Assembly (NCBI RefSeq): GCF_036971445.1
Contig: NC_091480.1
Location: 13,392,001 to 13,456,000, forward strand
Source: Narcine bancroftii
Taxonomy: Eukaryota
DNA length: 64,000 bases
Reading direction: 5' to 3'
The position numbers were made by a program, and so were the translations under genes. Shown piece after piece: positions 46,830 through 60,499 of the stretch; positions within the stretch are counted from its first letter, which is position 1; each line of letters starts with the position of its first letter. The notes beneath the pieces were generated by a model. That model did no database searches. It was not told the DNA's origin and worked only from the letters and a program-made list of their open reading frames with translations.

Positions 46830-47057
46830 AGAATTAAGTACTTTGAACAATTCTGTGAGTATGGCGTTTTTCTTGAACGAAGGTTTCGAGGATGATTAAT
46901 ACAATTGCATTTATATTTAAGTTTCTTTGTCTTTTGAGAAATCGTGTGTTATGACTGAGTTTCACGACTTGTTCATGACAATAAATTCTGTTTCTGATGT
47001 GTTTCTCTTCCTCACTTAGAGTCTGCGTGATCAGAAGAAGTGGGCGTGAGGGATAAC

Positions 47058-47125
47058 ATGTCCAATGTTTCCAAGGATAGAAAGAATAGGTGGCAGAAAA
47101 TTCAGGAAGGATTGCAATTTATCCA
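47058..47125 (+). CDS. ZC3H7A: ZC3H7A first coding exon (exon starts at 47020)
   Basis: Acceptor TTTCTCTTCCTCACTTAG|; ATG at 47058; [22 protein letters not shown](Q); donor CA|GTGAGT. Confidence 0.92.
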
Positions 47126-50100
47126 GTGAGTATCATCTTAACTTTTACACTAATTCTTGGTAGTTTTGGATCAAATCATTTGTCATTTGAAGTACTGCAA
47201 TGGGTATTTTCTACATCTGATCAGAGATTATATATTTTACTGCTTTTGTTGGCAACCAAATGAGCAGAATGTGAATTTTCTATTGTCACCCATGACCTTG
47301 TTGTTAGTGAGGAAACAGGTTTGGTTGGTCTCAAAGACAAAGAGTCTGGACACATAGTTTTAATAGTAAGGGATTTTATTTACAGAAGGCAAATGTTGGA
47401 ATGGCAGCAAAGGCACACACATAAATGCACAATTTACAGCAGCCGTGGGGAAAAAACATCATGGACAATTAATAACGAACGAGGGGAAATAGTCGTGATG
47501 GCAATAAGCAACGTGACTAGTTTAATAGTGACCGTGGGTAAAAAGTGGGGAAGGCAATGGCGATCGTGGGAAAAAGTCGAGTAAGTAATCAACAATGCAC
47601 ATGGTTTAATATGTGGGGAAGAGGTCGGGTAAGCAATAAACAAGGTGCATGGTTTAGTAGCAGTCATGGGAAAAGTAATAGCGGCAATGAAACGCGCATA
47701 CAATTAATAACGAACATGGGAACAAAGTACACACACAAACATACAACAAACTGTGTACATACAATAATCAAAGAAAAATCAGTACAATGCCCTGCCACCG
47801 CTTGACTCCGTGCAGGCATGGCTATATGCTACCACGTCCACTAATTCAATGCTGCCAACCTTTTTAAACATTGCACAACTTAACAACAATTTCTCCAGTG
47901 CCCTTCTTTGGTTCTAGGCCTGGAGTGAAGCAGGGTGGTCCCAAGCTGGCAAAGAGGGAGAACAAAGCTCATGTGGCACCTTTATAGTGCTGGAAGGCTG
48001 GGGGGGGGGGGGGGGGGGGGGGGTGGGTGCAGCCCAGGTCATTAGCAGGGACACAATGGCTCAGTGCCAGGAAAGTTAATGTGATTACCAAGGTGAAGTA
48101 CAAAGGAAGCAGATTTGGCCAACCCAAGGTGTGTACTAATGGATGGGGTGAGGCAAAAACTTGATTGGCAGGTGGTGTGCCCTCCAATTAGGTAGGGGAC
48201 AGTGATGTCATGTGACAGCTACGACCCTTCCCAATACAGATCTCTAGGAGCAAGAGTTCATGCTGACTTGAGGACACTATCTCAATGTCCTGGGAATTCT
48301 GTATGATTGATAGGGTAAAACAGGCATGTGAAAATATTGATACATTCACTTGAACTCCATTGTTAAAACACAGCTACCCAAACTTGGCTCGTGATTAGAT
48401 GTGTGCATTTGGAATAAACAAGAAAGTGAACTATACAGTCTTGTCTCATTATTATAAACCATTGGAGTTGGTGAATTAAGAATGTTTCATGTGTTATTGT
48501 GCTTTCTTTTCCTGCAGAATATCTGTTTCAGAACCATTTGCATCAAAACAGTGTAGCCAAGATCAAAAACTACTTGTATAGTGAAATATTACTTCAAAAA
48601 CTCCTCAAAGGTAGTCGTGTAGTGCTTAAATTTGAATTTTTAATTTTTTAACATCATAAATTTAGACATACAGCATGGTAATAGGCCCTTTCGGCCCATG
48701 AACCATGCCGCCCAATTAGAACTTAGAACCAATTGACCTACAGCCCCCAGTGTGTTTTTGAAAGGTGGAAGGAAACCGGAGCACCCGACGGACATGGAGA
48801 GAACCTGCAAACTCCTCACAGACATCTCTGGATTCAAACCCGGGTCACTGGTGCTGTTACAGCATTACGCTAACCGTTATAATAATGATTCTCTAAATAT
48901 TTCGAAGATTTCAATTTTTAAAATTGTTGATATTGAATGGGGGCTTTAATATTTATACCTTTTGAGTTTGAATCCGATTTTAGCTGGCAGAAAATTTACT
49001 TTTTGCATGCAAAGATAGATTCAGGTGATGTTTCAATATCTCATTAAATGTCTCAAGAATGGATGAAACACTCTTTATAATGTCAACTTTTAGACCGATT
49101 CTGACCTGGAGGCGTTGAGTCATAATGCTTTGGATGGTAGCTTTGCACCATTTTTTTTTTTTTTTTGCTCCTTTACTCCTCAGCCTGGCACATTTCCAAA
49201 TATCTGAACCTGTTCTTGGACTGCTACAGCAATGGATGTGGTCATTTGGGTCAAACTACCTGTCTCACAGTGGTCTCATCCCAACTCGTGTTTAGCAACA
49301 GTTCTTTTATTGATGCGGGATATGTTTCATGTTTATTCAGAATAATATTTTGAGTATAATATCAAATAATAAGGCAGAGTTTTAGTATTGTGTCCAATAT
49401 TGTGTACGATATTGGCAATCCTTTATTGATTTTTATGCTTTTTAGGTGGTTATATTGAAAGTAGGAGAGGTGAATTGATGTCTGGATAAAATTTCATTAA
49501 AGTAAATTGAAGATTCTGTTCTTAATTACAAGCAACTCATGCTTGAAAATTACTTCTGTGACGTGATTAAGAAGTACAATTGAATGCTGAACAACAGGGG
49601 AAGGTTTCTGTAGGATTTGCATGTTAATCCACTTTGGAACTTGAGACACACAACATCCACGTACATTTCTAGTTACAGTTACTACTGAAGTCATCAGAAC
49701 AAAGGTTAATGCTTAAGATAATCTCTGAAAATATGCCTTTTTTGGTGGGGGGGGGCAGAGGTTCATCTTGCAAATTTTAATTGTCAGTTAGAAATTAAAT
49801 TTTGTCTATTTTTAATCTCTCATCACCATCTTTTCTTCCTTTTCCCTCGAAATGTGCTTTTAGTTTGAATTAAATATTTTTCCTGGTTTAGACTTAAAAG
49901 CACTAAGGATTCTTTTTAGTTTTGCTGATAAAGGGAGAGAGAGAGAGAGAGGGGGTTAAAAAAAAGTAACTCCCTTGTGAAAAGGCTACACATGAATAAG
50001 AATGGTGGAAGTTCTCAAATTCTGTGGGCTGCAGTGTACCTGGGTTCCCACCTGCTCTAGGAAGATGACTATCATTTCAGTGCCAAAAAATAAATCTACT

Positions 50101-53100
50101 TTGATGGCTGCCACCCAGTGACATCCTTCATCATGAAGTGCTTTCACCAACTCCACCTCTCAGGCAACTTTGATCAAATAAAATTTCCCTTTTGTCACAA
50201 CAGTTCCTGCCTGAGCTGGTGCCACCCCCCTGGCTCTATAGTCGGCCCTGGAGCACTTGGATAACAAGGACATTCATCCATGTCATTCTCCTGTTTATTG
50301 ATTATCTCTCTGACTTCAATACATAGACACTAATCTAGTGTAGACCAGTTGGAAATCTATACTGATTCCATGCAGCTACCTTCATTTGGAAAGAAATGTA
50401 TTATTCAACAACAGTTTGGAAAATGGCATTTATCAAAATACTATTTTTTAATATATTATGCACTAACTCAACTTTTTTCCCCATTTATCTTTTCAGTTGA
50501 GTAGAATAATTGAATTTTATAGCTTCTCATTCATTTCTATCTTCATGTGTGTTAGAAATCATATTGTAAATCTTGTGCAATCCTCGTAATTACCCTTGGA
50601 GGTCTGTGTTCTGCCCTCTTTTATCCCTTCCATTTTGAATCATTTTCAAACTATGCTTGCAGCAGTTGGGTTTGAGAAACCTGTCTATCGAGTTACTTTG
50701 TGCATGCCACAGTATTTAACAGTACTATTGCTAGAATTTCAATGGAAGTAATTGAGCCTGATCTTCAGATTACTGGTGAGTTGCCTAAACTTGCCAGTGT
50801 TGGGAGCATTTTGTTTTGTGCTTTGAGTTTTCTGGCTATCCATCCCATAGGATGATGATGGTTCCTTTCAGTCAGTTTGTGGGGTTTGGTATGAAGATAG
50901 CCCACTCATCAGAAAGGAACAGTGTGTGCATGAATAGATTTAGGTGAGTAGGGGTTACACAGGTGCAGACCCACCCTCCTGACATCCCCTCCTGGATCCA
51001 GCGGCATGGTGAGGTCGAAGACGACTGGGGAAATTTCTGTTACAGTGAATGGCCAGACCAAGCTTTGATGCAAGGGATGCCCTATCTGCCCTTCACGAGT
51101 TTGCTAGATGGCCTTTGACCTGACTAGAGGGTTCGTCTGCCCTTGGACAGGTCTTGTTTTTCATTCTGTAGGGTGTCCATTGTGTGAGAAATGTAAAATT
51201 CTTTTTTTTTTTTTTAAATTTTTTATTTTTCACACCATAAATCACAATAGCCATGATATACACTTTTTCTTTTCCACACATTTACAGTGACTTTTTCTCC
51301 CTCCCCCCTCCCTCCTCCCAAGCCACCCCCCCACCCCCCCCCCTCTCATCCATTTTAGGTATACAATCTAGGTTGCATTAATTCAGTTAGACAATGTTGT
51401 CATTCAACAAAAATACACCAGAAATTCTACTGAGTCCATTCTTTTCTTTTCTTCTCCTTCCATCAACTTAGGTAATGTTTGTTCCCGGTAGGTTTTCGCT
51501 ATTGTATTTAATGTAAGGCTCCCATACTTGTTCGAATATTTCAATATTATTTCTTAAACTATATGTTATTTTTTCTAATGGAATACATTTATTCATTTCT
51601 ATATACCATTGTTGTATTTTCAAATTATCTTCCAATTTCCAGGTTGACATAATACATTTTTTTGCTACGGCTAGGGCTATCTTGACAAATCTTTTTTGTG
51701 CATCTTCCAAGTCAATTCCAAATTCTTTATTTTTTATGTTACTTAGGAGAAAGATCTCTGGATTCTTTGGTATATTGTTTTCTGTTATTATTTAATATCT
51801 GATTGAGATCATCCCAAAATTTTTCTACTCTCTCACATGTCCAGATTGCATGAATTGTTGTTCCCCTTTCTTTTTTACATCGAAAACATCTATCAGATAC
51901 TGTTGGGTAGAAATGTAAAATTCTTGATGAAGCTTCCTTGATCCATATGTTTTGAGAGTGCCAAATTTAAAGAGATTCTGGAAAGTTACAGCTCTTTCTA
52001 GCCTATCAAATCTCAAGGATGAAAATTAGTTCCTGTTACATAGCCTAATGGGTGGAGACACACAGGAGCTTGCAGAAGTTTAAATCTGGAGTAAAAGTCT
52101 TGATTAAGGTTTTGAACCCGAAACATTGACGATTGTTTTTCTCCCATGGTATCTGCTCATTGGCATGTGACCTCATTGACATGTCACCTCAAACTTTCCT
52201 GAGACTTCAACTTTTCACCAAACGTGTGAATCCAGGCTGTGCTAAGGTCAGAACAATTAACAGTTGACAGTTCTGGTCAGCTCAGTTTGAGCCAATATTA
52301 TTATTTTATCTGATTATAAATATAAAACGCAAGGAATGTTTTCATGTTATCTAATTGTTCTGCATGACCAAGAATAGCTTGAGGAGTTCATTACTGAATT
52401 TGGTCAGTACCCATTTATCCACAATCTATGATTTGACTGTATCATAACTGTTGAGTTATAAATTATTAAAAGTTTAAAATTTTTGAATTTAAAGATACAA
52501 CATTGCAGCCCACAAGCCTGCATCACCCAAATACACCCGTGTGACCAATTAGCCGCCTAATCCTGTATGTATTTGGAATGTGGGAGGAAACCCAAGCAGA
52601 CAAGGGGAGAACATACAAACTCTTAAACAGCACCAGATTTAAACCTGGGTCGATGGCTTTGTAACAGTGCTGTGGTAACCACTACACTAACTATTTTGCC
52701 CCTTATTTTTATCTTTCCAGTGTTTTTACTGTGAAAGGTCTTGTCCAGTCTAGAAAACCACCAACATTTAAATCTAGGACATGTGAACAAGTGGAGAATG
52801 TGTCTTGTTCTGTTTAATAGTTTCCTAATTTTGAAATCGGTCTCTTTGTATCACCCCCTCTTTCCTTGAGTCTCATTTGTTATTAATGATAAATCTTTTG
52901 TCAGTAAAATCACTAATTTAAATGTAGACTGCACATCACATTTTACAAATTAGGCAATTCTATTATTTGCTCAGCAAGGACATGCATGAAAAGTATGAAG
53001 CTAATTTTTTACTTAGATTAATGAAAAATTTCATGTAGCTGAATAAAGATTTGACAGTATTTGTTAATCTGCATTTACTGCACGGCATTTCACAGTGAGG

Positions 53101-56100
53101 AAGAGTATAAAAAGCTATTCCACAGTTTAACATTCATTGGAGAAACTGGTCTTTAAAGGTTTGTGTGAGTCAGATACACCAGACACTTTTTTTGTTGCAG
53201 GTCTCCACTGCCCTATCCTGGAACAGAGAGGGACTATGAGGTAAAGTAAATATCATTAATTATTTCAATGTACAACCGTTAAGCTTAGTCCTTTCCTCAC
53301 CTATTGAGTATGAACTGTCTCCATTTCAGGGCCAGTTAGAGTTACACGATAAACGTGAGGTTTACTAATGGCAATGTCCTGTGAATTGAGAAAAATTTTA
53401 CTGTTGAACTTAAGATGGAGGAGATAAATATCCTAAAGGTAAATTAGGATTCTAATCATGTATTTTCAAGATAAGTGGTGAAATAAATCAGAACATTTAG
53501 TAATTGGGAGTAAGATCCAATTCCTACTCTCAGACGTATGGATTATTTGTTTGCATTACTAAAAGGAAAGATCGTTGAAAAAGGATGCATAGCCTGATTG
53601 ACCATCTGATGTTCTATCCGTTCATTAAAATTGGTTACTGTTTTTTTCCCAATAGTTCTGGAACCTATGCCACTAAATGTTCAATCCACCGTGACTTGGG
53701 ATAGGAACTTGCTTCTCGTCCCCTTATGTTCCATGTAATTTCAAAGAATAGGTGTGATGTCACCTAATAAGAAACACGAAATGGTCTGTTTTCTCTGCTC
53801 GGGCATCATGAAGTTTAAAACTTTAATGTTGTACTGCAAAAATTAGATGGAGCAAATCCATTGCAGCTGACATTGTATTTTACTTGATGTAATGCGATGT
53901 TTTCTCTGATACAGTCATGGGAAAATGGAAATTAAATCACTTCAGTGGGAAATTGAAGAATAATGGCAAAGAACATAAATATTGACAAGGAAATTAATTA
54001 ACATTTCAGGCTTGTGTTTAAGCAGAGCAAGAAAGAGAATCATTTGTTTTGAAATGTCATGGCAATAGTAAGTTTCTCAACAATTAAACACTTGGGGGGT
54101 ATATATCCCAAGATTTTAAGCTTTACAAATAAAATATTTTAAATTTGCATTGTTATGCAACTATATTTCATCAGAGAAGGAAGAAATAAAGGAACATGGT
54201 TGATGATGGTGTCTCTTGAATGGGATGTTATCTGGGAGGAACGTGGAGGTATGGTTCCTGTTTTAAGGAACATTTCTAAAGTGGGCTAGAAGAACAAAAA
54301 AGTGTTGCATGAGGGGCAAAACAATGATAATTTATTGAAGGAAGAGTAATCAGATTGAGGAAATGGGTGAGCAGAGGTCCTCCTATTGGACATGAATTGG
54401 ATTATTTATTGAATTGAACTGTTTATTGTCACGTACTGAGATACAGTGGAAAACTTTATTTTGCATACTATTGGGAAAATCAACCAAAACACGGTGCAAA
54501 AATCAAAAGAAAAGTTCAGGGAACAGTATCAGATTAAAAACAAAAAGTTCAGGATATAGTTGTTAAAAGATAAAAATCTTTGTCTAATGGAAAGTCCATT
54601 CAAGAATTTGATAACCGCAGGAACTGTCCTTGAATCTAGAAGTGAGTGTTTTCAAACTCGTGTATCTTCTTCCTGACTGGAGTGGATTATGACCTATATT
54701 ATGTTGGAAGTTTTCTTGAGGCAATGGAAGTTGTAGATCGAGCCATCAGAGGAAAGGTTGGTTTGTGTGACAGGCTGAGCTCCATTTACAACTCCTTGCA
54801 GTCTTGGGCAGACCATTTCCCTTATCAAACTGTCATGCAATTGAACAGGATAATTTTATGATACATCTGTAAAAGTTGATCGGGCACTGGGGCATGCTAA
54901 ATTTCTTTAGGCTTCTGAGGAAGTGGAGGACTGGTTCCTGGTTCAACCATCTCAATGTGTTAGACCAGGGACTGGTTATTGGAGTTATTTTCTCTGAGGA
55001 ACTTGAAGCTCTCCACCATCTCTACTTCAGCACTTTTGGATACAGGCAGGAGCATGTGCTCCATTTCGTTCCGTTTTAAGAATATGTTTCAAGATGTGTG
55101 ACTTGTATAATTTTACTTTCTAGGTATTTCTTCAAGAACTTGTGAAAAATTTGTATGATGAGGGAAATGATAAGTTCAGAGAAGGAAATTGGGCTGAAGC
55201 TTTGAATAATTATACTGAGGCCTTGAATGTGGCCGATTATGCATCTGAAGAAATCAGTATTGTGAATGGATTAATAGAGAAACTTTATGCCAATCGTGCA
55301 GCTTGCTATTTGAATATGGTAAGATTTTTTAAAATTGTAATATAGGACAAATGCTTACCGAGAAACGTTCTCAATGTTTGATGGCGAGAATTAAGACCTC
55401 TCAATCACAATTCATCATGTTATTTTGCTTCAGGGGAATCAGTGTTAAGATGGACATTTTATTTTACTTTGTTGTGGACATTTTGACTCTGACATCACAA
55501 CCGATGATCCCAGTCGTGTTCCAAGCAATGACTCTTAGGACAAATCACAGGATAACTTTATATCCCACAGTTTATTTTCACTGTATAGGTTTGTTGAATG
55601 CTAAAACTAATTGTCTCCAGCATAACATATGCTAACATAAATCATTATATTTGTTGTGTATTTCTTGTAATTTCAGGGTCTCTATAATCAAGTATTAAAG
55701 GATTGTGACAAGGCTTTGCAACTGAATCAGAATAACTACAGAGCACTTTTTCGAAAAGGGAAATCCTTGAAAGAATTGGGAAAGCATAAAGAAGCCTATG
55801 ATGTTGTTGCAAAGTGTTCTCTAGCTGTGCCACGTGTAAGGAAATGCCATTTAAATCTCCATATGTTGCCTAATAACTTTTCCAGAAAAGATGATTCGGA
55901 GCCCTGCCCTGTGGTTTAATCTTACTTTTCAAAATGTACTTATTGAGTTTAACACAAGGCGAACTAATGATAACATAAATCATATACATATCAAATGTAA
56001 ATTGAGGCATAACCATAATTATTACATAATTTATTCAAAACAAATTCTATAATTATAATAATTAAATCATAATTTGTACCATGTCTGAAAATAATATTGA

Positions 56101-59100
56101 ATACAAAAAAAATTATGCAAGTAATGCATGTAAAATTCCCTTATATAGGATATTTTGTACTTTTCTGATGTGAGCATGTTGTCCTGTTATCTGCAATCTT
56201 TAATTAAACCACAACCTCCCCCCCCCCACTTATTTGTCTTAAAATAATAAAAAGGGAAAAAAAAATTTAAATCTCAACTAATCTACCCCCTCCCTCTAAA
56301 CAAGGTTATCTGTGTATATTGTAAATATGAATCAAATAACAGCCCCCAGACACCAAACAGAGAATCCCTGGATCATCCATACCACTTAAATCCTCAGAAT
56401 GTGAATGGTCTTATCAAATTCAGACTTTGCATCTTTAATATAGATTTCATTTTTAAGAACTGTATTTTATCAAACTTTTATGTGGATCAACAAGGTATTA
56501 TTTCATTCTCATCTGGCATACTCTTCTCACAACTTGTGAGGCTGTTTGGCTCATTGCGACATTGCTGATGGTCAAAACAATCACGTTGGTCCCTTTCCTC
56601 TACTTATTTTCCTTGAACCACTTCCCCTGTTTTCTCTCGCTGGCTCTTGCGCTCGCTCTCTGTCATGCCCAAAATTCCCTCTTAAATTCTTCAAATTGAT
56701 CTACACTAGGGGGTAATCTGCAAAAGTCACTTAATTTACCAACGTTTCTTTGGAATGCGGGTGGTTAGAGGTGCACCTGATGGAAATGATCATGGGAATA
56801 CAACACAAGGTAAGTTACCAGGAGCAGAAGTAGCCCATTAGGCCCTCTAGCGTGCCTCTCCATTTAAAGTGATCATGGCTGATCAGACTCAACTCCCTTT
56901 CTGTTCCATTTCTTCATGCCCTTTGATCTATCAAACATTTTATCCACCTTCACTTTAAATACTTTGAATGTTCTACCACCCATTGGGTCAGAGAATTCCA
57001 GAGACCCACCACCCTCTGAAGAAGAAATTTCTACGCCCCTCACCTTTAAATGACCAGCCCTTGTATGTTCAAGACTTGCCCATAGTTAAAACATCCACAT
57101 TTTTAAAGTTCAGCCCCTTTGCAATGTGAGCAAAAAATGCTGTTGTCTTCATAAATACTTACTGGACCTGCCTGCTAGATGTTTGTGATTCATGAACCAG
57201 CATACTCTGATCCTTCTGTACTTCACTCGCTTGCAGTCTCCCTCCATTGCAATAATCTGCACTTCAATTTCTCTTACTGAAGGTCATGACCTCACACTTC
57301 CCCAAATTAAACTCCATTGACTTGTCTTTTGCCCACTCACTCAATCCATCCATGTCCTGATACAGAATCACAATATCCATATGACAGCATGCTCCCCACT
57401 TACTTTCATATCAATAGCAGATTTGGAAATGTTACATTCTATTCCGTCCTCCCAGTCTTGTAATGTAAATAGCGAACAATTGCAGATCCTGTGATACTCC
57501 GCTAGTTACCTCCTTCCAGTCTGAGATGTAACTGTTTATTGCAACTCTCTATTTTCAATGAGTCAGCCAGTTTCCATGCTTCCCCTGAATCCATAGACTT
57601 TTAATTTGTGCTCCAATCTCCTGTGTTATCAAATGCTTTTTTTACATATTTAAATATGCTAGATCTACAGGTTTCCCTATGTCAGTTCTTCCTATTACAA
57701 CCCTGGAAGTATTTGAGGGAAGATATGCAAAGTGCATAGACAGAACCAAAGGTCAGGATGGACCGTAGGTTCTTTAGTATGTTAGACCGGGAAAACTTGA
57801 GGGGTATTAAGTGCAGACTTCAATGGGAGCTTGATATGCAGTGGAGGCAGTATCCACCAATCACAGAGAGGTATTAGCAGATTTCTGGAACTGTTGCGCC
57901 TTTCTACTTGCTCACTTGTTTGTAACCAGTACATTTGATAACATTATATACAATGTAATGCATTAAAAGAAGAGAGAAATAAGATAACTATATTTATTTG
58001 TTCAATCTTTCCCTTTATCTGTTGATGTAATTTTAACAATCTTTTTTGAATTTTATTACTGGGTTCTGGGACACTAGCCGACAGTATAATTATTTTATAG
58101 CTCCAGAATTTGTTAAAGATAGTGTCCCATATATAAAAATAGATTTTAAAAAAATATATATATCAAAATAGATTTTTAAAAAAATATATAAATAGATTTA
58201 AAAAGAAATAAAAAAATATATCAAAATAGATTAAAAAAATATATATAAATAGATTTAAAAAGAAATAAAAAAATATATCAAAATAGATTTAAAAAATATA
58301 TATAAATAGATTTAAAAAGAAATAAAAAAATATATCAAAATAGATTAAAAAAATATATATAAATAGATTTAAAAAGAAATAAAAAAATATATCAAAATAG
58401 ATTAAAAAAATATATATAAATAGATTTAAAAAGAAATAAAAAAATATATCAAAATAGATTAAAAAAATATATATAAATAGATTTAAAAAGAAATAAAAAA
58501 ATATATCAAAATAGATTAAAAAAATATATATAAATAGATTTAAAAAGAAATAAAAAAATATATCAAAATAGATTAAAAAAATATATATAAATAGATTTAA
58601 AAAGAAATTAAAAAAATATATCAAAATAGATTTAAAAAATATATATATAGATTTAAAAAGAAATAAAAAAATATATCAAAATAGATTTATAAAATATAAA
58701 TAGATTTAAAAAGAAATAAAAAAAATATATATATATATATTTATATATCCTCTATATATAATATTCTGCTACTCTCTCTCCAACTTTGTGCAGTTCAATT
58801 TCCACCCATGAAGGCTTGTCTCTTCTGTTAAATTGAGAAGTGATGAATTTCATTTGGACTGCCCAATAGTACTATTTAAAATTTGGGAGTTGCAAACCTC
58901 CCATAAGGTATTGCCAGGTTATTTTTTCCATGGAAACTCTGGCTAACTTTCTAAAGAAACTTTCTACACAATTTATTTAAATTTTGAAAAAAAATTTCTG
59001 TGGTAATGGTATTGGAAGAGCCTGGAAAAAAGTATTATGTACACAGGAATATGTTCATTTTAACAGAGTTAACTCTTCCAAATAAAGTCATTGGAAGAGT

Positions 59101-60499
59101 CATCCATTTACTTAAATCTTCCTCATCCTTCTTAAGCAAGGAGAGATAGTTCATTTTGTGTGAATTTTTCAAATCATTTTCTGTTTTAATCCCATTCCTC
59201 GACCATTTAAATTGCATATTTCTTTGACAGTTTGTATAATCCCCATCAATTAATCGCATAATCTCACTTTTTCCCCAATTTATTTTGTACCCAGAGACCC
59301 TCCTGTAGTTTTGAAGCTGTAAATGCAGCTTTTGCAAAGACGTTTCTGGTTCTGTCAGACATATTAATATATCTGCAAACAAATTGATCATGTTCATCTT
59401 GGTCAACACTGGGAATGCTGGAGATACTTTCCCATTTGTCACAACTCTGGCCTTGGGTTCATTATATTGGGCTCAAATCCAATTTATAAAGTTTTAACCT
59501 AATCCAAATCTTTCCAGCACTTTAAATAGAAAATCCCACTCCAGTCTATCAAAAGGCTTCTCTGCATTCAAGGCAACTGCCACCTCTTTTTGAATGGGCC
59601 AAATTAATTATACTAAGTGATCTACTTACAATGTCTGCTGATTGCCTTTTCTTAACAAATCCTGTTTGATCCTTATTTAGCAATTTTGCCAATCTGTTTG
59701 CCAAAGCATTGGCTAATATTTTATAGCCCATCTTCAACAAAGATAATGATCTATATAATGACAGTTTCAATGGATCTCTATCATTTTTGGGATTTACCGT
59801 TATTATTGTTATTGAAAAGGAAGTATGGGCACATTTTGATTTAAGACCTGTAATGTTATCTCTTCTTTTCTCTGACAACAGATGCTGCTGGGCTCTCTAA
59901 GTATTATTTCAGAATTTGAGGGTGTTCAGTTCTCTGTTCTTTCTAGTACTTTTTCTCTCTGTTCTTCAACTTCTCTACCTCTGATTAACAAGCCTGCACT
60001 CTTTCCACCACCCAGCACCACTCTCACTTGTAGCATTCAGAATCTTTGGAGGTCTCTATTTTGTCCACCTTCCCCTTTTGCAACTTTGATTTCTAGTTTT
60101 GAGTAAAGGTAATCAACCTGAATCATTAAATTTTTTTCTCCCACCACAGGAACTGCCTGATCTGCTATGATTTCTAGCATTCATCCTGCCTAGTATAGAA
60201 TAATTTAACTTCTGTTACCTGCATTACCTTTAAGCACATTTAAACAAATGTGTTTCAAATTGTATTTCAGGAGGATGTTGTAATAAAATTAACCCAGGAA
60301 TTGGCTCAGAAATTAGGATTAAAAATTAGGAAAGCATATGTCCGAGTTCAGGTGAGTATATTCTATACTATTTTTTTTCTTGCATCTTTTTTCCTTTTTA
60401 AATCTTTGTATTCATATTATTAATTGAACATTCATCTTTTTCTTGCAGCCTCCATTAATTGCCGTCCGTTCAATTCCTTCAGCTGAATCTTCTAAACAA
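47058..60499 (+). CDS. ZC3H7A: Zinc finger CCCH-type containing 7A, N-terminal TPR region (first six coding exons; continues beyond window)
   Basis: Exons 47058-47125, 53201-53240, 55124-55318, 55677-55835, 60271-60351 and 60449-60499 join in frame: [31 protein letters not shown]...[34 protein letters not shown]. The MSNVS...EGLQFIQSPL start and AKCSLAVP match human ZC3H7A rather than ZC3H7B. Confidence 0.93.
47299..48238 (-). mobile_element. Solo LTR (940 bp) in a ZC3H7A intron
   Basis: TGTTG...ATACA termini, TSD GACCT/GATCT, minus-strand AATAAA, internal short direct repeats. Confidence 0.7.
51204..51908 (-). mobile_element. 5'-truncated young L1/Tx1-type LINE with poly(A) and 17-bp TSD
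   Basis: TSD AGAAATGTAAAATTCTT at 51187-51203 and 51909-51925; ORF2 C-terminus [15 protein letters not shown]...[22 protein letters not shown]; T-run tail. Confidence 0.9.
53201..53240 (+). CDS. ZC3H7A: ZC3H7A coding exon 2
   Basis: 40 nt; TTTTGTTGCAG|...[13 protein letters not shown]|GTAAAG. Confidence 0.92.
54410..55075 (-). mobile_element. Rex1/Babar-type LINE fragment
   Basis: VESFKFL...LRSLKKFSM...FYRCIIK remnants; TGAACTGTTTATTGTCAC tail. Confidence 0.65.
55124..55318 (+). CDS. ZC3H7A: ZC3H7A coding exon 3 (TPR)
   Basis: 195 nt; [65 protein letters not shown]|GTAAG. Confidence 0.95.
55677..55835 (+). CDS. ZC3H7A: ZC3H7A coding exon 4 (TPR)
   Basis: 159 nt; [53 protein letters not shown]|GTAAG. 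Confidence 0.95.
56815..57690 (-). mobile_element. Old CR1 LINE fragment
   Basis: Reverse-complement [13 protein letters not shown] and FFFRGWW remnants. Confidence 0.6.
58130..58745. repeat. AT-rich 57-bp minisatellite (~10 units)
   Basis: Unit AGAAATAAAAAAATATATCAAAATAGATTAAAAAAATATATATAAATAGATTTAAAA; central units near-identical. Confidence 0.95.
58770..59850 (-). mobile_element. L1/Tx1-type LINE RT remnant
   Basis: [22 protein letters not shown]...[13 protein letters not shown]; NLFADILI; [11 protein letters not shown]; [13 protein letters not shown]. Confidence 0.8.
60271..60351 (+). CDS. ZC3H7A: ZC3H7A coding exon 5
   Basis: 81 nt; [27 protein letters not shown]|GTGAGT. Confidence 0.95.
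60449..60499 (+). CDS. ZC3H7A: ZC3H7A coding exon 6
   Basis: 51 nt; TCTTTTTCTTGCAG|[17 protein letters not shown]|GTAAGT; phase 0/0, position equivalent to the short human LSLKSVPGDGATK segment. Confidence 0.8.

Noticed and set aside
58289-58624. 111-aa hydrophobic repeat ORF
   Set aside because: Translation of the 57-bp AT minisatellite.
47058-60499. ZC3H7B (suggested by the neighbouring NAGA-like gene)
   Set aside because: The N-terminus MSNVS...EGLQFIQSPL and AKCSLAVP...[11 protein letters not shown] match ZC3H7A.
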